DNA from: Brumicola blandensis
GTDB lineage: Bacteria; Pseudomonadota; Gammaproteobacteria; Enterobacterales; Alteromonadaceae
NCBI RefSeq assembly: GCF_031846165.1
Contig: NZ_JAVRIE010000006.1
Span: 168,412-192,411, forward strand
DNA: 24,000 nt
Reading direction: 5' to 3'
Shown here one piece after another: positions 16,280 to 24,000 of the stretch. The notes beneath the pieces were generated by a model. The model did not search any database, had not been told where the DNA came from, and was given only the letters and a program-made list of their open reading frames with translations. Position 1 is the stretch's first letter. Each line of letters begins with the position of its first letter. The position numbers and the translations under genes are program-made.

Positions 16280-16870
16280 TTACGCTTCAGGGGGTGAAAG
16301 AACTTTGATTTTGCCGTTGCGCAGACTATAGATCCAACTGTGAATTTTTACATCTTGATTGCGTTTCATTGCGTCTTTAAAAACACTGGTTCTACGCACG
16401 TTTTCAGCTTGTTGTAGTACATTTAACTCACACAATTTTGCCGCACGTTCACTTTTATCTAAGCCTTCTAATAGTGCGCTATTTTCATCGGCTGTATCTT
16501 TAATATGTGCTAACCAATTATCAATGAGACCCAAACTGCCTTGCTCCATTGCCGCCTCAACGCCACCGCAACCATAATGACCACAAACAATGACGTGTTT
16601 CACTTTCAGCACGTCAATGGCATATTGCAGCACAGACAAGCAATTAAAGTCGGTATGAATAACCATATTCGCTACATTACGATGGACAAAGATATCGCCG
16701 GGTAGAAGATCAACAATTTGGTTTGCGGGCACGCGACTATCTGAACAACCGATCCACAAATACATCGGGGTTTGTTGTTCAGATAACTTATTGAAGAAAT
16801 GTGGATCTGCTTGCTGTGTTTGCTCAGCCCAGCGAATATTGTTGTCTAGCAGCTTCTTAATTTCAGGCAT
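16280..16870 (-). CDS. can: beta-class carbonic anhydrase
   Basis: 196 aa, collinear with E. coli Can. Shared blocks: LWIGCSDSRVP, FVHRNVANMVIHTDFNCLSVLQYAIDVLKV.H.IVCGHYGCGGV and LCELNV. The zinc ligands (Cys, His, Cys) are present. Confidence 0.93.
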   Translation of the reverse strand: MPEIKKLLDNNIRWAEQTQQADPHFFNKLSEQQTPMYLWIGCSDSRVPANQIVDLLPGDIFVHRNVANMVIHTDFNCLSVLQYAIDVLKVKHVIVCGHYGCGGVEAAMEQGSLGLIDNWLAHIKDTADENSALLEGLDKSERAAKLCELNVLQQAENVRRTSVFKDAMKRNQDVKIHSWIYSLRNGKIKVLSPPEA

Positions 16871-16893
16871 GCGATCTCAGTATTTATGAATGA

Positions 16894-18093
16894 TTAACGC
16901 GCATCTATTTTGAACTGAAGTATTACTTCGAGTCCTTTTGCAATTACCGCATTTCCATTGATTGTTTTAGGTGCAAACCGCCATTTCCCTATTGCGACCG
17001 CAGCAGGCTCTTCAAAATGTGAGTCCGAACTCGTAATAACTTTTACATTCTCTGCAAAGCCATCTTCGGCAATATCATAACGCACTTTAACCCAACCGTC
17101 TTTGTGCGCTTTTAACATTGCCGGCGGATACATCGGGTTTATTCTATATAAGGGGGTTTGCTCTTTATTATTGTCCCAAGGCCTCAAACACCCCACTGCA
17201 CGACAATGTTGGGTCGCAAGATCATGCTCGCCTTGCTCTTGAAACAAGACCACTAACCTTGCATGTGAAGCTAGGGTAAAAGGGTTGGAATAATCAGGCG
17301 CATCTTCAAACTCTTGCACTACTTGCTCAAGTTGTTCGATAGCTTTACCGTACTTTCCTTCATGACTGTAAATTTTACTTAAGAAGAAACGTGCTTCGGC
17401 CGTACTTGCAGACATTTCACCGTACACCTTCAAAGACTCTTTTAATTGCTTTTCAGCGAGTTTTTTTATTAGCGATGGTTTTATTAATAAGGAGTTTGAA
17501 ACAGCCGTTTTGACCGTTTGTGCGCGAAATAGCATTGCGCTCTCGGGCATCATGGCAATAATATCTGGGGTGATTTCAATGAGTCTGTCGACGGCTAGGT
17601 GATCAGAAAAAACGCCAAGGCTTAAGTCTTTGGGCTCAAGTCCGTCTAACTTACGTGCTATTTTTAATAAATTGATGATATCAAGTAACGCGAAATAGTA
17701 TGATTGGGAATCATCCCCAAGCGTATTTTCGTAGTAATCAAGAATGCTTTTATAGTGCGAGGCGGCTAATTGAAATTCTCCTGCATCCAAGTAGGCGTGG
17801 GCTAGGTTTTGGCGCAGCAAATAGCTCGTCAGGTGGCGCTCACCATATTTTTTTCTACCAAGTTCATAGCTCAAGGTCGCAAGCTCAAGAATGGTATCTG
17901 GTGATGCTTTCGCAGAATTAAGTTGTGTTTTATAGGCAGCAAAAGCCGTAGCGAAGGTTAGCGGTTCAGCTACTTCACTTGAGGCCGACTCAGAGCCAAT
18001 AAACAGGGTCGCTAAAGCAACAGCCAGCACTTTTTGATGCTTGCTGAAACTATTCAACAACCGCTCTTCTTCCATGGTTTCGAAATCAATCAT
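16894..18093 (-). CDS. TPR-like repeat protein with C-terminal TonB-C domain
   Basis: 399 aa with an N-terminal hydrophobic segment (VLAVALATLFIGS) and TPR-like helical repeats (e.g. LAHAYLDAGEFQLAASHYKSIL, SKIYSHEGKYGKAIEQLEQVV). The last ~80 aa fit the TonB_C pattern (YPPAMLKAHKDGWVKVRYDIAEDGFAENVKVI...AAVAIGKWRFAP). Only 23 nt separate it from can. Confidence 0.7.
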   Translation of the reverse strand: MIDFETMEEERLLNSFSKHQKVLAVALATLFIGSESASSEVAEPLTFATAFAAYKTQLNSAKASPDTILELATLSYELGRKKYGERHLTSYLLRQNLAHAYLDAGEFQLAASHYKSILDYYENTLGDDSQSYYFALLDIINLLKIARKLDGLEPKDLSLGVFSDHLAVDRLIEITPDIIAMMPESAMLFRAQTVKTAVSNSLLIKPSLIKKLAEKQLKESLKVYGEMSASTAEARFFLSKIYSHEGKYGKAIEQLEQVVQEFEDAPDYSNPFTLASHARLVVLFQEQGEHDLATQHCRAVGCLRPWDNNKEQTPLYRINPMYPPAMLKAHKDGWVKVRYDIAEDGFAENVKVITSSDSHFEEPAAVAIGKWRFAPKTINGNAVIAKGLEVILQFKIDAR

Positions 18094-18259
18094 AATGTCT
18101 TTTACATCGTCGGGCTTAAGCCCGTTATAGTTATAATTATATGTATCACATATATGTATTGCATTATCCCGCAGTGATTAGCGCATCACTGTGGGTAATT
18201 TTGTACTGCTTCCATGCTTCAATTTGCTTGTTTCAACTGGTGCCAATTTATGATGCGTT

Positions 18260-19525
18260 TTACTCACGCACAGTGCCATCTCCAAACACCACAAACTTCT
18301 GTGTCGTTAGAGATTCAGCCCCCATTGGACCGTAAGCATGTAGCTTACTAGTTGAGATGCCGATTTCAGCACCTAAACCAAGCTCGCCACCGTCGGAAAA
18401 CCGAGATGACGCATTAACCATCACAACAGATGAATCAATTTCTTTAACAAAGCGCTGTGCTAGAGAAAAATCTTCGGTGACGATAACTTCTGTATGTCCG
18501 GAACCATATTCGCGAATATGCTCAAATGCCTGCTCTTCATTTTTAACCACTCTAACGGCGATTTCTAATGCAAGATATTCAGCATGCCAATCATCTTCAT
18601 TGGCCTGCAGCGCAGCCTTGAAATATCCTATCGATTGCTCACAAGCATGCACCACTACTCGCTTAGACTCAAACATTTTCGCAACTTTGGGTAAAAATTC
18701 ATCAGCGACATCTGTATGGACTAATAGGGTTTCAAGGGCATTACAGACACCTGTTCTTTGGGTTTTACCATTTTCCAAAATGGCCAGCGCTTTGTTTATA
18801 TCTGCCGCTTTATCGACGAAAAGATGGCAAACCCCTTTAAAATGCTGGATGACAGGGATTCGACTATGTTCTGTAACGTAATTAATCAAACCTTCGCCAC
18901 CGCGCGGAATAACCAAATCTATGGTATGACTTAAGGTCAACATGGTCGCCATCACGTCACGATCAGCAAGCGGAATAACGGTCACAATATCGGAACTGAG
19001 AGACATTTCGTGTAAAGATTGCTTCAAAATACTGGCTAGAGCCTGATTGCTATGTTGCGCCTCCTTACCACCTCGCAGAATGACCGCGTTACCCGATTTT
19101 AGGCACAAAGCCGCCGCATCAATCGTCACGTTCGGTCGCGACTCATAAATCATGGCAACAACACCAAGAGGGATCCGCATTTTCCCTACTTGGATCCCTG
19201 ACGCTTGAGGCTGCATATTTGAAATACTGCCTAAGAATTCAGGTTGAAAAGCAATTTGTTTCACCGCTTCTGCAATATTATGAATAGCATGTTCGTCTAG
19301 CTTTAAGCGATCTAGCATCGCGGAGGAAATTTTAGCAGCTTCTGCATTTGCCATGTCTTTCTGATTTGCAGCTAAAATCTGTGGCACGTTATCTAGCAAG
19401 TTTTGTGCAATTAACAACAATAGAGCTTGGCGTTGTGCTGATGTGATCCCAGCAATTTGATGCTTCACCGCAGCCGCCCTTTTGGCAGTAGCAGTAATAT
19501 CGAAAGAGATATTGGACTCAGTCAT
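18260..19525 (-). CDS. proA: gamma-glutamyl phosphate reductase
   Basis: 421 aa, aldehyde-dehydrogenase fold. ProA blocks are present (IYESRPNVTIDAAALCLKSGNAVILRGGKEA, GVCNALETLLVH, HTEVIVTED). It overlaps the proB stop by 8 nt. Confidence 0.95.
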   Translation of the reverse strand: MTESNISFDITATAKRAAAVKHQIAGITSAQRQALLLLIAQNLLDNVPQILAANQKDMANAEAAKISSAMLDRLKLDEHAIHNIAEAVKQIAFQPEFLGSISNMQPQASGIQVGKMRIPLGVVAMIYESRPNVTIDAAALCLKSGNAVILRGGKEAQHSNQALASILKQSLHEMSLSSDIVTVIPLADRDVMATMLTLSHTIDLVIPRGGEGLINYVTEHSRIPVIQHFKGVCHLFVDKAADINKALAILENGKTQRTGVCNALETLLVHTDVADEFLPKVAKMFESKRVVVHACEQSIGYFKAALQANEDDWHAEYLALEIAVRVVKNEEQAFEHIREYGSGHTEVIVTEDFSLAQRFVKEIDSSVVMVNASSRFSDGGELGLGAEIGISTSKLHAYGPMGAESLTTQKFVVFGDGTVRE

Positions 19526-20642
19526 GTGTATTTTTCCTGTATTTATTCACTAGCACCAAGTCATCACGATGAATGGCAGCTTCTCCATGACAAAAGCCAA
19601 GTATCGCCTCTATGTCACTACTATTTTTACCTTGAATACCTTGTAGTTCGGCACTTGAATACAAACTAATGCCCTTTGCCACTACCTCACCTTCAAATAA
19701 TATATTCACTGCATCGCCGCCGAAAAAGTGACCGCTAACATCGACGATACCTACTGACAGTAATGATGCACCGGCATTTTTTAGGGCCTGAAATGCCCCC
19801 CCGTCAATATTGACATGTCCTTTGGCTTGCAAGGAGTGACTTAACCAATGATGGCGCGCCGATTGCGTACTTTGTTTCGCTTGAAATAGTGTGCCTGCGC
19901 ACTGACCCTTGAGTAGGGCATCGAACACGTCTGCTTTTTGCCCATTCACTAAGAGGGTTTGAATACCGCTGTGCGTGCATTTTTCAGCAGCCTGAAGCTT
20001 GGTCACCATGCCACCTGTGCCGACAGCGGAGCCTGCACCACCGGCTAAGGCTTTGATCGAAGGTGTGACTTCGCCGACATGAGAAATCAACTTCGCCGCA
20101 GGGTTTTTCCGAGGGTCGGCATCGAATAAACCATCAACATCAGTGCAAATAATAAGCGTGTCTGCTTGAGCAACCAATGCCGTATGCGCGCCTAAATTAT
20201 CATTGTCGCCTACCTTAATTTCATCCACCGCCACCGTGTCATTTTCGTTAACGATAGGTAATGCCCCGTTCGCTAACAGTTCGCGTAAGGTATTCTTGAC
20301 ATTCACATATCGTTTGCGGTCATGGAGATCGTCAGAAGTAAGTAATATTTGTGCGCATGGAAAATCAAAAAAACGTGCCCAATTTGCCATCATTTGGGTT
20401 TGTCCGATCGCGGCCATCGCTTGTTTTTCAGCAATGCTAGCTTTCATTCCAGTTTTTACGTATCGCCTACCAGCAGCAACGCTGCCTGAAGAAACCAATA
20501 CGACTTCCTTGCCTTGTTGGCGACTAGACGTAATGAACTTTGCTATGGATAGAAGGAATTCGGCACTACAGCCTTTCCCATCAGGAGAAACTAGGGCGCT
20601 GCCTACTTTGATTACAGCCCTTTGCCATGTAAACGAGGTCAT
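19518..20642 (-). CDS. proB: glutamate 5-kinase (with C-terminal PUA domain)
   Basis: 374 aa. It has the amino-acid kinase N-terminus (VIKVGSALV, VLVSSGSVAAG, IVNENDTVAVDEIKVGDNDNLGA) and a PUA-like C-terminus. proBA operon order. Confidence 0.95.
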   Translation of the reverse strand: MTSFTWQRAVIKVGSALVSPDGKGCSAEFLLSIAKFITSSRQQGKEVVLVSSGSVAAGRRYVKTGMKASIAEKQAMAAIGQTQMMANWARFFDFPCAQILLTSDDLHDRKRYVNVKNTLRELLANGALPIVNENDTVAVDEIKVGDNDNLGAHTALVAQADTLIICTDVDGLFDADPRKNPAAKLISHVGEVTPSIKALAGGAGSAVGTGGMVTKLQAAEKCTHSGIQTLLVNGQKADVFDALLKGQCAGTLFQAKQSTQSARHHWLSHSLQAKGHVNIDGGAFQALKNAGASLLSVGIVDVSGHFFGGDAVNILFEGEVVAKGISLYSSAELQGIQGKNSSDIEAILGFCHGEAAIHRDDLVLVNKYRKNTHD

Positions 20643-20700
20643 GAGTTAATATTTGTTACAAAATATATATATGCTCTGAGAATACTGAAAAACTGCGGCT

Positions 20701-20739
20701 AAACAAGAAAAAACAGCGCTTTCTTTAGAAAAAAAGCGC
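20701..20739 (-). terminator. intrinsic-terminator-like hairpin on the proB strand, inside the proB / M1-peptidase divergent spacer
   Basis: The minus strand reads GCGCTTTTTTT-CTA-AAGAAAGCGC followed by TGTTTTTTCTTGTTT. The single non-Watson-Crick position is a G-U wobble on the minus-strand RNA but a C-A mismatch on the plus strand, and the U-tract exists only on the minus strand. The hairpin lies 59-97 nt upstream of the proB ATG, and no annotated minus-strand gene ends here. Confidence 0.45.
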
Positions 20740-20902
20740 ACAAATTATAAGGGAATATGCAGGGACACTTTTCTTTGAAGGTAAAGTCGATACAATAGTA
20801 AGAAAAAAACGAACTAATAAATAAGTAGTGGGTGACTGTAGACTACAATCTGCATGCAAAGCCAAGCAAACGCTACTGCTCTTCGGTGACAGGGAAAAAC
20901 AA

Positions 20903-23398
20903 ATGAGACTAAAACGAACTTCGCTTTTTGCGACAGTATTTACTTTATTGTCTGCAGCAAGCGTAATCGCTACAAACGTGCATGCAAGTTCTGCTATTAA
21001 ACAAACCAAAGGCGACTTTGAAGACAAATTTCGCCAATTAGATGAAGCGCTACCGACACCAAATGTATATCGAAATGCAGCGGGTGAGCCAGGTCACATG
21101 TACTGGCAACAGAAAGTAGACTACGTTATTGATGTAAAACTCGACGAAGAGAAGCGTCGTTTAAGTGCTAGCCAAACCATCACTTATCAAAATAACTCTC
21201 CGGATACACTCAAGTATTTGTGGATCCAACTCGACCAAAACAAGTTTCGTGAAGACTCGATGTCAGCGCTTACCACCACGTTTGGCGGCATTGGCAACCG
21301 AGGTCCTGCGACTCAGGGGGCCAGCGGTGATACTCCAGCACGCTTAAGCCTTGGTGCATTGCGCAGACAGCAATTTGTTGAAGATACTGAACTTGGTTAC
21401 GATTTACAAAAAATCACCGACACCAATGGTAATGCCCTAAAGTATGTTGTTGTAGGTACCTTAATGCGTGTAGATTTACCTACACCATTAAAGCCGAATA
21501 CAAGCACTCAATTTAATATTGATTTTGCGTTTAACATTGTTGAAGAAGATGCTGTTTCAGCCCGTTCAGGCTACGAGCATTTCCCTGATGACGCACGCGA
21601 CGGTGGTAACGATATATTCTTATTAGCGCAGTGGTTCCCGCGTTTAGCTGCCTATACTGATTACGAAGCATGGACTAATAAAGAGTTTATTGGTCGCGGT
21701 GAATTCACCCTAGAGTTTGGTAATTACGATGTGAGCATCACCGTTCCAGCTGACCATGTGGTTTCTTCAACAGGTGCCTTGGCGAATCCAAACGATGTGC
21801 TAACGAAAACACAGCGTGATCGCTTAAAGAAAGCCGAAACAGCCAAACGACCAGTATTCATCGTGACTGAAGAAGAAGCCTTAGATAACGAAAAAGACGG
21901 TACCAGCAAAACAAAAACGTGGCGCTTCAAAGCCGAAAAAGTCAGAGATTTCGCTTGGGCTAGTTCACGCAAATTTATGTGGGATGCAAAAGGTTATCAA
22001 CAAGGTGGCGAAGATCAACCACTGGTAATGGCAATGTCTTTCTACCCGAAAGAGGGTGGCGATTTATGGAAAAAGTACAGCACAGAGTCTGTCATCCATA
22101 CCATGGAAGTATACAGCCGATTCTCATTTGATTACCCATATCCAGTTGCCCAATCAGTTAATGGTCCAGTGGGCGGCATGGAATACCCAATGATCACTTT
22201 CAATGGCCCACGCACAGAACTACAAGACGATGGCGAGCGCACGTATTCCTTAGCGGAAAAACGCTTTTTGATTGGTGTCGTTATTCACGAAGTAGGTCAT
22301 ATTTACTTCCCAATGATTGTGAACTCAGACGAGCGCCAATGGACGTGGATGGATGAAGGTTTAAATAGCTTCTTAGATGGCGTTGCTGGTCGTGAATGGG
22401 ACCCAAAAATTCCATGGGGTGTTGAGCCGCGCGATATTACTGGCTACATGAAATCCAGTACTCAGGTGCCAATTATGACGCAATCTGATTCAGTGCTTCG
22501 CCTTGGACCTAATGCCTATACTAAGCCTGCTGCAGCCTTAAATATTTTGCGAGAGACTATTCTTGGTCGCGAGTTATTTGATTTTGCGTTTAAAGAGTAT
22601 GCACAACGTTGGATGTACAAGCGCCCAACCCCTGCTGACTTTTTCCGTACCATGGAAGAAGCTTCTGGTGTCGACCTAGATTGGTTCTGGCGCGGATGGT
22701 TTTATTCAACTGACCACGTAGATATCTCACTTGATCATGTTTATAAACTGCGTTTAGACACTGAAGATCCTGACATCGATTTTGCTCGCCAGCGTCAAGT
22801 TGAGTTAGACAAACCATTGTCACTTACTGATGAGCGCAACAAAGCCGAAGGCATCGAATTGTGGGTAGATCGCAACGATGACGTTTCAGACTTCTATGAC
22901 GAAAACGATCCTTGGACCGTTACCAACAAAGAGCGCAATAAATACCGCAAATTCTTGAGTAAAATGGATCCTTGGGAGAAGCGCGTCTTCGAGAGAGCTA
23001 TTAAAGAAGACAAGAACTACTACGTTCTCGACTTCTCAAACAAGGGTGGTTTGGTAATGCCAATTATTCTTGAGCTTGAGTTTGAAGATGGTAAAAAAGA
23101 AAACATGTATATTCCTGCTGAAATTTGGCGCAGAACTCCGAAAGCTGTATCAAAGCTTATTGTGACGGAGAAAGGTCAGATACTTAAATCGGTCACTGTT
23201 GATCCGCGTTGGGAAACTGCAGATGTAGATATTGAAAATAACCATTATCCACGTCGAATCATTCCTTCTAGAATTGAAGCATACAAAAGCAAAAAGAATA
23301 CAAGCGGTGTTCGTCGTGACTTAATGCAAGACAGTAAAACAAAACTTAAGTCCGATGCTGAAATCGAGAAAAAAGCTGCGGAAGAAGAAGATAATTAA
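20903..23398 (+). CDS. secreted M1-family zinc metallopeptidase (aminopeptidase N-like)
   Basis: HEVGH-X18-E zinc site (HEVGHIYFPMIVNSDERQWTWMDEG) and a GxMEN-like exopeptidase motif (GGMEYP). The track start at 20828 is a GTG that adds 25 aa ahead of an obvious signal peptide. I prefer the ATG at 20903 (MRLKRTSLFATVFTLLSAASVIATNVHA) with AGGGA upstream. Confidence 0.9.
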   Translation: MRLKRTSLFATVFTLLSAASVIATNVHASSAIKQTKGDFEDKFRQLDEALPTPNVYRNAAGEPGHMYWQQKVDYVIDVKLDEEKRRLSASQTITYQNNSPDTLKYLWIQLDQNKFREDSMSALTTTFGGIGNRGPATQGASGDTPARLSLGALRRQQFVEDTELGYDLQKITDTNGNALKYVVVGTLMRVDLPTPLKPNTSTQFNIDFAFNIVEEDAVSARSGYEHFPDDARDGGNDIFLLAQWFPRLAAYTDYEAWTNKEFIGRGEFTLEFGNYDVSITVPADHVVSSTGALANPNDVLTKTQRDRLKKAETAKRPVFIVTEEEALDNEKDGTSKTKTWRFKAEKVRDFAWASSRKFMWDAKGYQQGGEDQPLVMAMSFYPKEGGDLWKKYSTESVIHTMEVYSRFSFDYPYPVAQSVNGPVGGMEYPMITFNGPRTELQDDGERTYSLAEKRFLIGVVIHEVGHIYFPMIVNSDERQWTWMDEGLNSFLDGVAGREWDPKIPWGVEPRDITGYMKSSTQVPIMTQSDSVLRLGPNAYTKPAAALNILRETILGRELFDFAFKEYAQRWMYKRPTPADFFRTMEEASGVDLDWFWRGWFYSTDHVDISLDHVYKLRLDTEDPDIDFARQRQVELDKPLSLTDERNKAEGIELWVDRNDDVSDFYDENDPWTVTNKERNKYRKFLSKMDPWEKRVFERAIKEDKNYYVLDFSNKGGLVMPIILELEFEDGKKENMYIPAEIWRRTPKAVSKLIVTEKGQILKSVTVDPRWETADVDIENNHYPRRIIPSRIEAYKSKKNTSGVRRDLMQDSKTKLKSDAEIEKKAAEEEDN

Positions 23399-23964
23399 TG
23401 CAAAAGGTTTTCTTTTCGAATGTAGCACGGTCAAGCCGAGTGGCAGCAATGTCACTGGCTTTGTCAGTCTGTATGGCGTTTACTTTAGTGGCAAGCGTAT
23501 TACAGGTCAGTGAAGTCGCTGCGCATCAACAAAAGATGGCGATAAGTACTGTGTTGTTTAATCCTCGCACTCAAAATATAGAGATCATGCATCGTTTCAA
23601 TCTGCATGATGCTGAGCATGCGGTAAAAGAGATCTTTGATGGTAAGGCTGACATTATCGCGAATGAAACAACGCAAGCCGACTTTGCGAAATATGTCACC
23701 GAACGCTTTGCAATTTACACCTTAGATCATAAAGCATTAGGACTTAGTTTTGTCGGCACCGAATTAGACGGTAAGCACTTTTGGGTTTATCAAGAGGCGC
23801 CAGCACCAGAAAGCTTAGATGGCATGGTTATCGAACATAATGCTTTAAGAGATATCTGGCACAAACAGACAAATACGATTAATGTAGAGGGTATGGGCGA
23901 TATTCAAACTTTAACGTTTACCGATAACACGGAATTGTTGAGTGTTGAATTTAAACATCATTAA
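23398..23964 (+). CDS. small secreted protein of unknown function, translationally coupled to the M1 peptidase (resembles the family I recall as DUF6702)
   Basis: 188 aa. Its ATG overlaps the peptidase TAA (TAATG). It has a signal peptide with an A-x-A-type site (VAA|HQQK). The mature N-terminus, HQQKMAISTVLFNPRTQNIEIMHRFNLHD, fits the pattern H-x4-S-x4-(Y/F)N-x6-(E/Q)I-x2-R-x-F-x-DD/HD. I remember that pattern from small proteins encoded next to M1 peptidases in Bacteroidota. Confidence 0.45.
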   Translation: MQKVFFSNVARSSRVAAMSLALSVCMAFTLVASVLQVSEVAAHQQKMAISTVLFNPRTQNIEIMHRFNLHDAEHAVKEIFDGKADIIANETTQADFAKYVTERFAIYTLDHKALGLSFVGTELDGKHFWVYQEAPAPESLDGMVIEHNALRDIWHKQTNTINVEGMGDIQTLTFTDNTELLSVEFKHH

Positions 23965-24000
23965 TTAAAAATCCGTAAGGAAATGCTATGTCAGATAAGC

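Noticed and set aside
18131-18191. AT-rich dyads upstream of the TPR/TonB-C gene (ATATGT-ATC-ACATAT at 18139-18153; GCATTATC), considered as a Fur box; hairpins GGGCTTAAGCCC (about 18110-18124) and CAGTGAT-N6-ATCACTG (18172-18191), considered as a proA terminator
   Set aside because: The best 19-mer matches the Fur consensus GATAATGATAATCATTATC at only about 10 of 19 positions, which is near background for AT-rich DNA. Neither hairpin is followed by a U-tract on the minus strand.
18357-20649. 174-aa and 148-aa plus-strand ORFs antisense to proA and proB (also 19457-19669 and 18141-18335)
   Set aside because: They are shadow frames of highly conserved genes. The sequences are Ser/Thr/Cys-rich with no domain signature.
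20814-20855. 13-codon minus-strand mini-ORF (MQIVVYSHPLLIY) upstream of the proB-strand terminator, considered as a proline attenuation leader peptide
   Set aside because: It has only one Pro codon, no SD sequence, and no obvious alternative antiterminator pairing. This does not support a classical leader-peptide attenuator.
20828-20902. GTG start at 20828 for the M1 peptidase (ORF-track start); likewise TTG starts at 9086 (mrpA) and 14752 (S9 peptidase)
   Set aside because: Each adds residues ahead of an obvious native N-terminus (a signal peptide or the MSLFW.. MrpA start) and has no SD sequence or one that is badly spaced. The downstream ATGs (20903, 9068, 14743) fit better.
20725-21027. 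100-aa minus-strand ORF spanning the proB / M1 spacer and the start of the M1 gene
   Set aside because: It overlaps the signal-peptide region of the M1 gene in antisense. The sequence is low in complexity, and the terminator-like hairpin falls inside its 3' end. A non-coding transcript is a better explanation for any minus-strand expression here.
1-24000. CRISPR arrays, tRNA/rRNA genes, IS elements, toxin-antitoxin pairs and known defence systems
   Set aside because: I saw no regularly spaced direct repeats, no cloverleaf-like or rRNA-like segments, no transposase- or integrase-like ORFs, and no small paired ORFs with a TA-like organisation on either strand.

Overview
Chromosomal, mostly housekeeping segment from a moderately AT-rich gammaproteobacterium. 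Protein similarities look marine and Alteromonadales-like, but that is inference only. Left to right: a partial small membrane-protein gene; divergent ilvY-ilvC; a six-gene group-2 Mrp cation/proton antiporter operon (mrpA with fused B, then C, D, E, F, G; minus strand, overlapping stop/start codons); a Bcr/CflA-type MFS exporter; a soluble four-PAS chemoreceptor gene split by a 1-nt deletion; a secreted S9 serine peptidase; a two-gene cassette of a holin-like protein plus an SH3b/M15 endolysin-like peptidase, with no other phage genes nearby; beta-carbonic anhydrase (can); a TPR + TonB-C protein; proBA; and a secreted M1 zinc peptidase translationally coupled to a small secreted protein. I saw no tRNA, rRNA, CRISPR array, IS element or integrase. 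A further ORF appears to start at 23988, but only 13 nt lie in the window. Three observations stand out. (1) The chemoreceptor combines two FixL-type heme-pocket PAS domains, a cysteine-less LOV-like PAS and a degenerate PAS with an unusually short MCP signalling hairpin of about 50 aa per arm. (2) The holin/endolysin pair is orphaned and has no spanin. (3) An intrinsic-terminator-like hairpin sits on the proB strand inside the proB / M1-peptidase divergent spacer, implying an unannotated transcript or attenuator. All family assignments come from hand comparison with remembered sequences and motifs; no database search was run.
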